Shown: positions 12,331 to 23,000, counted from the first letter of the whole stretch. The stretch: DNA of 63,378 nucleotides, filler included, from Trichodelitschia bisporula (GCA_010356995.1; 5 parts of 4 records of this genome joined end to end with filler, not necessarily neighbours in it); one strand, 5' to 3'. Notes: generated by a model not told the origin, from the sequence alone. Translations and numbers: made by a program.

Positions 12331-13027
12331 TAGCACTCGACGGCAGGAGGGCTATGATCTATGTTAGTACACTTTCGGTTCCAAGGAAGATTTCTGACTT
12401 GGGGCAGCTTGATATAATGCTTCTGGCCCCCTGGCATCCAACGGCTCACAATAATTGTCGATATATACGACTCATGTAAGGCTTTCTATACTCTCCAAAA
12501 TATACTACCTTCTGGATGACGGATGGAATGCTGATGCGCCGCAGGCTGGTCTCGCAAAACACTGCCCCTTTTCAAAATCGAAGGGACTTCGACAGCTCAT
12601 ATCGGCCGGAGTTGAGATGGAAAGCCTACCGTCTCATCCGGGGTACGGTCAGTATGGCTTCGCCAGATCGGTTTGTCCTTGCCATAGAGCTTGGCCGCCC
12701 GGCCCGACGGATTGCACGAGAGTCCTCACCACTCATCTCATCAGCCACCAGAAGACAGCAAACCCCCGACCTATACAACGCCGAGGACAATGGTACACCC
12801 GCCTGTAATTTGTTCACGACTTGGCGCAAGGTCAGAGCACAGTCCAAGCCTGCGTCCCAGCTGTTTAAATATCAACTCGCTGTCAAACTTTCCTCTCCCC
12901 AACTTTTCCTCCTCACTCTCTCCACCTTTCCCAAAGCAATCATCCTCCCACGCAACATTATCCGTTTGCGAAATTCCTCATTCCCTGTCCCACAAACACT
13001 CACGCTCTCCAAACATCAACATCCACC

Positions 13028-13848
13028 ATGAAGCAGATGCTCTCCCACCTCGCGCAAGCCGCCTTTGAATACCCCAAGCTGCGCGCCCAGCTCACCGATA
13101 CCTTCGGATCTCACGCCTCCAACAGCTACCAAAACTTCTCCATGCGCATCACCGCCATGAAGGCCGAGCGCGAGGTAAGTCAAATCTCCTCATTCCACGC
13201 AACAATCCCACTGACGCATCATAGCGCAAGGCGCGACTCGACACTGCCCTGTCCGGACTGACCGCCGCCCTCGAAGGCACTCCCTTCGTTGTCATGGGGC
13301 GCACCGCGGCTGTCCTCCATGGCTATACTGGCGAAATGTGGGAGATAACCTTCATGTGCCGCCGTGGCCAGAAGATTCCGAAGGAGCTTGAAGGATGGAA
13401 GGTCCGCGCAATGCGGGTCAGCGATGAACACCTGGAGGAGGTTGTCAAGCTGTCCAAGACGCGCCGCAACTTCCGCGTTCTGCCATACGACATGCTTCTC
13501 GCGCTCGCGCTTGGTCAGGGCGCCGCCTGGGGTCACCCTTCCATGGCTTCGGAGCACTTCACTGACGTGCTCTTTGCCGCCAAGCAGATGCGCAAGAAAT
13601 GCAAGGTCGTATCTCCTGCTGCCCTGACGTACTGCAAGCTCTCTGCGGCCCACATGGTCAGTGCTGCTCTGTGGATGATGGAGCACCACGTTCTCGACAT
13701 CTTTGAGTCCGTCGGCTCCCGCGAGTTTGAGAAGGCTTGGAAGGACAACACCGAGGAGGAAATGGCCGAGTACCAGGAGATCATCGACGAGTTCACCATG
13801 GCGGACATTCGGGCGATGGGGTCCCACCGCGGGCCCGTCATCTGGTAG
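13028..13848 (+). CDS. Hypothetical protein, paralog 3 of tandem trio; putative degenerate AbiEii-like nucleotidyltransferase fold
   Basis: Exon 1 MKQMLSH...KAERE, intron GTAAGT...CTGAC...ATAG (~13174-13224), exon 2 RKARLDTAL...PFVVMGRTAAVLHG...WEITF...LDIFESVGSREFEKAW...VIW*. Confidence 0.7.
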
Positions 13849-14398
13849 ATGCGCTTGGTCCACGACTTGGTTTCGGTCGGCACTTGTCTCTGGGACTTTT
13901 ACGCTCCTAGGGCGGCTGTCGGCGTCGTCTGGGCGGGATGGATTTTCGGATAAACTTTAGGCGCGTTCGTCTTGAATCTTGAGCGATGTACTTAGCTGAT
14001 TCAATGCAATTTCATGCTTTCATTATTGAACGCGGTGATAAACAGAATGGCGATTGTGATTCTTTAGGCATACGAAAAGAATTCTATGGCAGTCACTTCC
14101 TCTCGTCTGAACCTCGATGGGATCCTTCACCGTCGTCGCCAGCGAACTTAACGGATCATCAACCCCCCGAAACACGTGATCGTGCAACGTTGAAGCACCG
14201 ACGAGGGACCATTACCCGTGAATCACTTTTCCCCACAACTCCTTTTTCTCACCCACCCCTTCTCATGACCAGCTTAATCTCCCCACCACCACCTCCTCCT
14301 CACCAACTCAATTTCCACTCAACCATACATGCAGGCTCCATGCGGTCAGCCGTTATATAACGCCCATATCCACAGGTTTTTTTTTAGAACATCCGAAT

Positions 14399-14730
14399 TG
14401 CCGTCGATCGGTACAAGAATCGGCGTGCCCCTGCTTGAGGCAAAGTCAACACGGAGCGCGATGTAGCCCAGATTCGGCTTATTATCTTGACCGACCCGCA
14501 CTACCTCATTGACCCGCGGGCTTCAACCCTCCAACAATACGCATCGACCTTCTCTTGTCTTCAACGAAGACCCGACCTGCTGTCAATCGGTACAAGAGCA
14601 GGCGCGCCCCTGTGTGAGGCAGAGTCAACGCGAAGCTCGACGTAGCCCAGACTTGGCTTATCATCCTGACCGGCTCGCACTACCTCAGTGATCCACGGGG
14701 CCTCACCCCGCCAACAACACGCATCGTCAT
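14399..14730 (+). repeat. Diverged direct duplication of ~150 bp (14399-14550 vs 14578-14730)
   Basis: Both copies share ATCGGTACAAGA...TGAGGCA.AGTCAAC...GTAGCCCAGA...CGCACTACCTCA...CCAACAA.ACGCATCG. Confidence 0.8.
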
Positions 14731-14989
14731 TTCATCTGTTCATCTCCATTTTATCTTCACGAATGGGATTGTTCCGCCATCGTAATCTAGCCGCAGTCAA
14801 AGACTACGAGCTCCCCATCACAACATCTACCTCCACCAAACAAATCATCAGCAATGCCAACATGACCACTGACAAAAAGACGGACGAACTCATCAACAAG
14901 GAAACGGCTGACAGCAACGTGCGCTATGCCCTGGATTTGGGGGCTGGCTCCCCCCCCAAAACCGACAACTCCGAGACGACTGATCAAAC

Positions 14990-15268
14990 TGTCGGCATAC
15001 CCGATGTCGTGTTACCCAGAAAGGCAGGCTTGGCACGGCGAACACCGAAGTGGCGAAGATGGACGACGCCGGAAGTCCGATGGACGACGCCGGAAGTCCG
15101 ATGGACGACGCCGGAAGTCCGATGGACGACGCCGGAAGTCCGATGAAGTTCAGGAACATCCTGGAGACCCATCACGGATATATACTGTTCATTCTGTAAA
15201 ACTAGAGAAGGCAACAAGCTGGGCAATCAATCTTTTCTCACACAATTCTTTGAGCACTTCCGTCAACA
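14990..15268. mobile_element. Solo LTR, family C (279 bp) with an internal 21-bp tandem x4
   Basis: TGTCGG...TCAACA ends; exact TSD CAAAC at 14985-14989 and 15269-15273; (GATGGACGACGCCGGAAGTCC)x4 at 15058-15141; homolog at 21944-22160. Confidence 0.88.
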
Positions 15269-16507
15269 CAAACCTCCTTGATCAACCATTTCTTTCTTTA
15301 TATCCGCATTTCACTCCGTGTTCTTCAAGTTCAAAGAGGGCACTGTCATGGGAGTAACCCAAGGCCCCCATTCCTTCTCTCAAGCAACGGCCAGGTTGGA
15401 GCCTCAGGCGCCAACCAGGCCGTCAGCCAATGCCGGGAGCCCAGTACCGGGTAAATGTTTACCCGGCACCGGTACCCCAACAAACCTAAGGGGCTCGCCC
15501 TCACCAGTTTCTTCCCTCTTTATAGCAATCAGCTTGGTTATGTCTCGCCCCATTGCCGTGAGTTCTTCATGCCATGCGGTCCCCTGACAGGCAAGGACGC
15601 GCTTCTCGCAATCCGCCGCTAGCTCCGCAACTGGAAGATACTAGAGCCGCTGCATCCTGGGCTCCGCTTACTCGATCTCAGTATGAAGCCCTTGACTCAG
15701 CCGGCGCTCTAAGGCATCGTCACTGGCGTGATAGCTAGTCAGTCTTTGAAGGGAAAAATTCCTGCTGAAGAAGAGTCCGCGGATGAGGGTGACGAGGGTG
15801 GGGGAGTCTTATCATTATATTAGCCAGGTAGATAGCTTCCGCTGCATCTTTCTCTTCCGATACCGAGATCGAGGGCGGTGCTAATCCTTATCGGCTCAAT
15901 CGACACGTCGAGGCGCGGGGTGCCGCTCACCAGGGAATGGAAGACATGGGAGAAGAGATTCTTGCAATCGACGAGATTGCTGACGCCGTCGCTACCGAGG
16001 AGGCTTAGGAGTACCAGCATTTGCGCCTGCTGCAGAATAGACCGCATATTGTATTCAGACGCTCTTTGCGCGTTCAATTCTTGACAAGTAGAGCAATGCA
16101 ATGACTCCACCTGATGTAATAATTGTGCTCCGTACATTAGAAGGCGTGCGCCGTACGTACACGTAGGGTCAAAATGCCATCGAAGTATATGCAGCAGCAT
16201 TCGTACTCTGTAAAACATCAGCTTGTATATTCTCTAGTGGGGCCCCATCATCGACCGGTATTCACGCCACATGCCAGCTAACGCGTGCGGATGCCGGGTA
16301 AAACATGCGGATGCCGGGTAATGCGCCGGAGGCCGGGTATAGCGTTCGAAAGCTCTCTGCATATGGTTACAGCATGGGCGTTTCATCAAGATGGTAAGTG
16401 AGTTTGCATTCAGTTGTAGTCGCGAGATTGAGTTCAACGTGCGCTTCAGTTCACGACACCCCAAAAGGTCTAACATTTGAAACCCGGGTAACTGGACCCT
16501 AACCCTA

Positions 16508-16684
16508 TGTTGGAAAGCGGTGGCTGTGTTCAGCCTTACCCAGGTTCAGCCACAGAGCTCGAGTACAAGTAGACTCGAGGTCCCCATCTCTTTGACAATT
16601 AAAAAGCAACTTATTCATGGACAGACCTTTGGTCCAACTTATGATGCTGTGAGGTCTTCATTGATCACTCATCCCCTTTCAGCA
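16508..16684. mobile_element. Solo LTR, family A
   Basis: Near-identical to 102-275; TSD CCCTA at 16503-16507 and 16685-16689. Confidence 0.92.
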
Positions 16685-17172
16685 CCCTAACCTTAACCCG
16701 CCGCCTCTGGCTCATTGTAACCAGCATCGCCCTTCCCCACTCATCGCGCCTTTTCCACCGTCAGCAGTGTGAAGCCACGGGCTATGTCTAAATGTGTGGA
16801 ACAATATCCCCGCCCGTATCGGCCGTTCGCTGCTCGCTATGGGCAAGCCGGGCGGGCTTAGAAAGGAATTCGCGGGCGGCTTGACAAGCACGGGTACAGG
16901 AGAAAGATGGCCTTGATTTTGCTGGCAAAGCTGGTAGGCGCTTTTCTTCGGTACGAATTATGCGCTTTATGGGGAAGGCAGTACTTGGGTGTTCGGCCCT
17001 CAATGACAATGCGTCACGTACATGTGGAGGAGACGAGAGAATTTAGAGGCACGGTATGAAAACACCAGAAGATAATGCATCGCATGGGAAGCAAAAATAT
17101 GGAGTCCATCAACTTAAACTTGAATACGGAATCCATCGTGCAGCATCATTCCATTGGCGGGCGCACCGGCTA

Positions 17173-17487
17173 TCAGTCAGAATCCAGTCCATCCGCCGGA
17201 TCCGCGTACTCCGTATCCTTGTGCGCTTCAGCAGTCTCAAACGACAACTCGTCGCCCAGCGGTCCTGTCCACGGGCGCACAGCCTCCGGTTCCGAAACCG
17301 CCTCCATCTCCATTCCCCCAGGGCAGTGGTGGGTCTGAACGCTGCTGCCGCAGGCCGTGCATATGCCGCGGAAGCAATAAGGGTAGATGCGGTATTCCGT
17401 TACCCGGTAGAGCGCTCCGCAGGTCTCCGTCGGGCAGTGGTGAAAAAAGTCTCGGCAGGTGGCAAGATAGGCGTCGGTAGCGGGACG
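17173..17487 (-). pseudogene. Fragment resembling an IBR/RBR E3-ligase Cys-rich domain, cut by LTR-A
   Basis: FHHCPTETCGALYRV...YPYCFRGICTACGSS...H resembles the CPTPDCxxxYR...CPxC...ICxxC pattern; no upstream exons remain. Confidence 0.45.
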
Positions 17488-17626
17488 CAGCATCATAAGT
17501 TGGACCAAAGGTCAGTCCATGAACTAGTTGCTTGATTGTCAAATAGGTGGGGATCCCGAGTCTACTTATACTCGAGCCCCGTGGCTGAAACTGGGCAAGG
17601 CTGAACACAGCCACCGCTTTCCAACA
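17488..17626. mobile_element. Truncated LTR-A, inverted relative to 102-275
   Basis: Reverse complement of family A ending CCACCGCTTTCCAACA; the other end is missing and there is no TSD. Confidence 0.88.
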
Positions 17627-17832
17627 GACACATAGTGGGGGTTGTAGACGGGCTGGATAGCAGATGGTCAGAGGTAAAGACGAGACGAATCGTTGTCTGT
17701 CAAGGATCAACGATCGTAGCCATATGTATTGATAGAGTGGGGTCCAAGGCCGAGTCGGGGGTGAGCCTACGGCTCAGCCCAACGCACAGCCTAAGGCAGG
17801 ATCTGAAGCTCCCAGGGAGGTTAAGACAAAAT

Positions 17833-18488
17833 TCAGCAAGTGAATTCCATACACAGCACTCGACCAGATGAATACCCCAATGCAATCTTACCCCCGTGAA
17901 CGGCGAGGACGCTCGGACTGCGATACTCGACTGGAAGCCAAAGAAGCTTTTTCGCGCTTATGGTTACCCATTGCCGCACGACAATTATAGGGCGCGGAGG
18001 ATTCGAGCCTGAACCTGGCAGCTGCTTGCTGTCAGGCGAGAAGACCACGGCCATGACCCAATCCAATGGCCCTCGAGCGTCTGCAGCGCCTTTCCCGAGC
18101 CGGCGTCCCACAGCCTGACCGTCTCGTCCCACGATGCCGACGCCAGCTGCTTGCCGTCCGGCGAGAAGGCCACGGCCCTGACCGCTTCCGAATGGCCCTC
18201 GAGCGTCTGCAGCGCCTTTCCCGAGCCGGCGTCCCACAGCCTGACCGTCTCCACGTCCGATGCCGACACCAGCTGCTTGCCGTCCGGCGAGAAGGCCACG
18301 GCCCTGACCCACTGCGAATGGCCCTCGAACGTCCGCAGCGCCGCTCCCGAGCCGGCGCCCCACAGCCTGACCGTCTTGTCGCCCGATGCCGACGCCAGCT
18401 GCTTGCCGTCCGGCGAGAAGGCCACGGCCTCGACATAATCCGAATGGCCCTTGAGCGTCTGCGGCGCCTTTCCCGAGCCGGCGTCCCA
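17833..18488 (-). pseudogene. HNWD/HET-E-type WD40 repeat C-terminus, frameshifted, N-terminal part lost
   Basis: ~126-bp repeats encoding [37 protein letters not shown]; a frameshift near 18063; tail LLWLPVEYR...[10 protein letters not shown]. Confidence 0.85.
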
Positions 18489-18641
18489 GGCTATGAGACG
18501 CCAGGTCGGGAAAGGCGCTGCAGACGCTCAAGGGCCATTCAGAAGCGGTCTGGGCCGTTAAGTGGTAGGGGATATGCTGCTAGGAAGTAGGATATGTGCC
18601 GCTAAATTGTAGGGGGGCATGCCGCTAGGTGCCACGGTATG

Positions 18642-18782
18642 TGTTAAAATGAAGTGTGAACTTGACTGAGTTGCTTGATCGACTAGCAGTGGGAAGTGAG
18701 CTGACTATATACCTCGCCTGGAGACAACCCCCGTCTCTTGGCTCCACTCCAGCCACCCCAGGTTGCCGCCACAAATTCAGCA
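18642..18782. mobile_element. LTR family B at a rearrangement junction
   Basis: TGTTAAAATG...AAATTCAGCA; flanks GTATG and CGCAG, so no TSD. Confidence 0.9.
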
Positions 18783-19830
18783 CGCAGCAACAGCTCCGCG
18801 GCGGGCCAGTCGGGCGACCCGAGCACGTTGATCAAGTCCTCGATGAAGATGTCGAGCAGGCTGTGGTACGGCTGGTCGTCGGACTTGGTCGACGCGAGCG
18901 CGCGCTGCACGAGGTAGCGAATCACGTAGGAGGCGTTTTTCAGGGCACTGTCGTACGTGCGCGTTCTCAACGAAGAGCAGGTGCATCGCGAGGAACTCCA
19001 TCTTGGTGACCGCGCTCTCCGCGACGTTGACCTTGGATACGAGCATCTCGAGAAGGTGGAACACGGGCCCGCACATGTGCAGCAGCGCGGTCAGCGGTTT
19101 CTTCTGGGAGGCGAAGATTTTGAACGCGTCGGCGCTCATGCGCGCCTCGACGACCGGCACGACGCTGTCGACGACGTGCTCCTGTGCGCGCATCACCCTG
19201 CCGAGCACCACCTCCGAGTACAGCTGCTTCTCCTCGCGGCCGGCGGTCAGCACGCGCCGCAGAATCTTTGCCACGTGGAGCCCCTTCTCCGCGTGATGCA
19301 GCCGGACGGCCCAGTCCGCGACGTCGTCGTCCACGACCAGGTTGATGCACTCGACCGAGGACACCGTATTGTCGCACAGCTTCTGCAGCCGCATCACGCT
19401 GTCGACAGCAACCCGGGAACACGATCCGGTGGCGACGGCGGTGCGGACCGCGTTTTCGATGCGTACTGTTGGAAAGCGGTGGCTGTGTTCAGCCTTACCC
19501 AGTTTCAGCCACAGGGCTCGAGTATAAGTAGACTCGGGATCCCCACCTCTTTGACAATCAAGCAACTTGTGCATGGACAGACCTTTGGTCCAACTTATGA
19601 TGCTGTGATGTTTCCATTGATCACACATCCCCTCTTAACACGTACCTGCAGCGCCTCGGCGAGCATCGGCGGGCCGCCCTCGTCGCCCGGGCCCTGGATG
19701 AAGTACGCGGGGTCGTCGCGCTCCGCGGCGTCGGCCTTTTCGCGCTGGTTGATGCTCAGCTCCAGCACGTCGTGGCGTGGGCGTTTGCACGCCTCTTCCA
19801 CCACCCGCGCGTCGACGTCGGGGAATTCCT
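18783..19830 (-). pseudogene. scc2: Internal fragment of cohesin loader Scc2/Mis4/NIPBL, copy 1
   Basis: STKSDDQPYHSLLDIFIEDLINVLGSPDWPAAELLLR, KMEFLAMHLLFVENA and QREKADAA motifs; frameshifted, interrupted by LTR-A and truncated by LTR-B. Confidence 0.8.
19467..19640. mobile_element. Solo LTR, family A, inside Scc2 fragment
   Basis: TGTTGG...TTAACA; TSD CGTAC at 19462-19466 and 19641-19645. Confidence 0.92.
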
Positions 19831-20200
19831 GGTACTCATCGCGGCCATGCTGACGCGGATCGTGGAGTTGTCCCCGGCGGCGGCGGCATTGAGCGTACGG
19901 GTCTGCATTTGCTTTGGGGCTTGACATGTATTGTTGGCTCATCGTCTGACTGGACGGGTGGCTGGGCGGTCTGGTGAACAGTGGGCTGGACATTTTGGAC
20001 CACAGTTAGCTGGACCTGGGTATCTTGAACCTGAACGGCTGGCCCGATCTGAACGGTTGGCTGAACCACGGGGGGCTGGACCGTGACTGCTGGCCGAACC
20101 TGAGCAGGCTGGACCGAACGGTTGGCCGAGCCTGAACAGGCTGCTGGACCTGGATGACAGGCCGGACCGGTTTCCGAGCCGTCACTTGGATGCTGCCTAG

Positions 20201-20300
20201 NNNNNNNNNNNNNNNNNNNNNNNNNNNNNNNNNNNNNNNNNNNNTTAATTAATTAANNNNNNNNNNNNNNNNNNNNNNNNNNNNNNNNNNNNNNNNNNNN
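20201..20300. other. Assembly gap with six-frame-stop linker
   Basis: N44-TTAATTAATTAA-N44. Confidence 0.97.
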
Positions 20301-20785
20301 GGCCAGAAGAGCTCCGGGTTGCCGCCTTTGGCCCAGGTTGCATGGCTTGAACCGCCGAGTCCGTGAACGAATATGATATCCACAGCGGGAGAACCACTCG
20401 GCGCCGCGACGAGGGTTAGGGTGCGCAAATGCGGTAGTGATGTGGGTACAACCGTCTCGCGACTTGTGGGGCCGGGACTCGATGATGATGGTGGCACGCG
20501 CTGCTCGCTGGGCTCGGTGGAGGGTTGGCCGGCGGGGGCACGGGGTGCAACATGATTACCAGCTGCGCTGGGCTCGGTCCCGTCACCGGCTTCATCGCGT
20601 TTCTTGCTAGGTTTAGGCCTTAGTATTTTCCGAAATTTTCTCTTGAACACAGTTAGTAAGGGCCAAAATGCAATGGTAGACAGAGCTCAGGAACGGCGAT
20701 ACAACTGCACCGCATATCGCGGAGGAAATGGAATACAGTTGACCCCAAGGAAGAAGGGGTTACGGAGAAGAAACATACGTACCAT
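20301..20785 (-). CDS. N-terminus of a SesB-like/DUF676 alpha/beta-hydrolase protein, probably an NLR; cut by the gap
   Basis: ATG, then intron 20642-20782, then RKFRKIL...VDIIFVHGLGGSSHATW...LFW. Confidence 0.7.
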
Positions 20786-21581
20786 GATGGTTCAGAGCTG
20801 TCAAGACGCTTCGTTCATCAGATCCGAGATGCTAGAGAGGCGAAAAGCTGATGCGAAATGAACCAGGTCCGCGAGCGACTCGCCCTCAGCTGTGGGATTA
20901 CTCAGTGCGGGGGGGCTCGGCGCTCCCAGCCCCGTGTACTACGTGGAGGCTGTGACAAGTGCGTAAAGGCATTCTCGATCTGTCCAGTAACAGCTGCAGT
21001 TGGCACCAGCACCGGGGGGCGCAGCCTCACCACCGACAGCCTATCTCGAGGGCCACAATGTCCCCCAAACCCAGAAGGAGGACCAGTGGGAACTCACTGG
21101 GCGAGAAGCGGAGGGAGGGTTGCATCATGGCAAGCCAAAATGAGTGCAAATGTGGAGCATCATATCGCTCTGAAAACTGAGGTTAACAGTTGACGACTTG
21201 ATGTCAAAACTGAGTAGGATGGGATCGGCATGCAGGGATCTGACGGGCCGCGCCTACGCCTGCGCTTGCGCGGGCCCCACTTTCATCTTCCCCACCACTC
21301 CAGGCTGGACACCACTAGTGATCAGCATTGTTGGACGATGTTGGGTGGATCTAAGCACCTACGAACCCGCCCGGTGCTTTCCTTCTTCGAGGCTAGCTGT
21401 ACATAGTTTGAATGCCTCGTCATTGGAAGGATGGTGCGCGATCCGCTGGAGTTCAGGACCAAATGCTGGAATCTGCACCTGTAGACGGCGGCCTGAGTAG
21501 GCGAAAGCATGATGGAGGGTAAGTGATGTAGGTAAGGCCTCGTCACAGGCAAAATGCAAGTAAGCCTTTGGAAAGTTTGGA

Positions 21582-21625
21582 AGAAGACAAAGAAGACAAA
21601 GAAGACAAAGAAGACAAGAAGACAA
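21582..21625 (+). repeat. 9-bp tandem repeat (AGAAGACAA) ~x5
   Basis: Read directly from the sequence. Confidence 0.85.
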
Positions 21626-21943
21626 CGGCCTTGCGGGGCCCTCAGCCGTATGCAAACAGTAGTCCCATATCGCCTTCCACTGTCCTGGTCAATACCTGCC
21701 CCTAGGCCTAGTGTTGACCGTTACTCTCTGCCTAACTCTTAGATGGGTCCCTTCTAGAATACAAACGATGCCTTCCATACTCATGAGTGCCTTAACAGTA
21801 CTTGCTTGGTGCCTTTGAGCCTTACGTCCCGTCTTTACATCAGCCAGTCTACCATGAAATAGTCGCGATTCTAAAGCATATCGGGTTCTCATCCTACCTA
21901 TCCACTCGTACAAAGGTAGTCGAGGATTTCCTCCTGCTCCTTC

Positions 21944-22160
21944 TTTTGGCGGAAGTGCTCAAAGAATTGTGTGAGAAAAGATTGATTGCCTAGCCCTGTT
22001 TTTTTTCTCTAATTTACAGGATGAACAGTATATATGTCCGTGATCGTCTTTCAGGATGTTCCTGCTTTTCATTGGACTTCGGCGTCGTCCATCTTCGCCA
22101 CTTCAGTGTTCGCCGTGCCAAGCCTGCCTTTCGGGTATCCTGGCATCGGGTATGCCGACA
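21944..22160. mobile_element. LTR family C, inverted, diverged, with a single 21-bp unit
   Basis: Reverse-complement homology to 14990-15268; no clear TSD. Confidence 0.8.
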
Positions 22161-22199
22161 CCTGGCTCACTCTCAGTCTTTTCACTTCCACTGACAGGC

Positions 22200-22860
22200 A
22201 GAAGACAACATACGACACTTCATCCAAAGTCAACGTCTGCAACAACAAGGCCTGGTTCACTGAAATGCACGAAGCCGGAGGCACTCTCAGCGGAACCGGA
22301 GGAACGACTCATGTCACCCAAAAGGGAACCATTCGACTTCCATGCCGACTTCGAGACGGCCGAACAGTCATCCACACTGTAAATGACGTCTGTTACCACC
22401 CGGACTCCCCGATCAATATTCTCTCAGCCATGAAGATGAGAAAGACCGGACTCATGCTCGATTGGAGCGACGGAGGGATCAAGAACAGAGACGGCGTTGA
22501 GATTGCTATGGCATTCGAAGAGGACGGAATCATCCTCATTCGCATGCAACTCCCAAGACGGCAATCGTGCCGTACATGACATTGGCCACTAAGCCATCGT
22601 CACCCAAGGTAGTGTCAGCGGAGCAGCTACATCGAAAAATGGGACACATTGGATACTCCCATCTCAAGCAGCTCATGCAGAACACCACCGGATTGAAGTT
22701 GGACAGCTACCACCACGACACCTGCACGTGCTGCCTAAGCTCCAAACTTCGCAAACGACCCTTCGGCGAAAGACAGCGCGCAGAAAGAGAGGGGGAAATC
22801 ATTTATTTGGACCTCGTGCCGCAGATCACGCCAGAAGGATTCGACCACAGTCGCGGATAC
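22200..22860 (+). mobile_element. Ty1/copia pol fragment (protease region, pre-integrase HHCC, start of integrase core)
   Basis: DTSSKVNVCNNKAWF...DVCYHPDSPINILS; LHRKMGHIG...CTCCLSSK...IYLDLV; frameshifted and truncated by LTR-B. Confidence 0.85.
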
Positions 22861-23000
22861 TGTTAAAATGAAGTGTGAACATGACTAAGTTGCTTTATGT
22901 CTAGCAGTGGGAAGTGAGCTAACTATATACCTCGACAGGAGACGACCCCTGTCTCCTGGCTCCACTCCAGCCACCCCAGGTTGCCGCCACAAATTCAACA
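22861..23000. mobile_element. LTR family B
   Basis: TGTTAAAATG...AAATTCAACA; no TSD. Confidence 0.9.

Noticed and set aside
14688..15146. 152-aa ORF with RWTTPEV repeats as a repeat protein
   Set aside because: The repeats come from the 21-bp tandem inside LTR-C.
16497..16699. True telomere
   Set aside because: Only about three imperfect units, internal to a contig.
20245..20256. TTAATTAATTAA as a biological motif, and ORFs ending in X-runs
   Set aside because: Artificial linker repeated identically in all four gaps.
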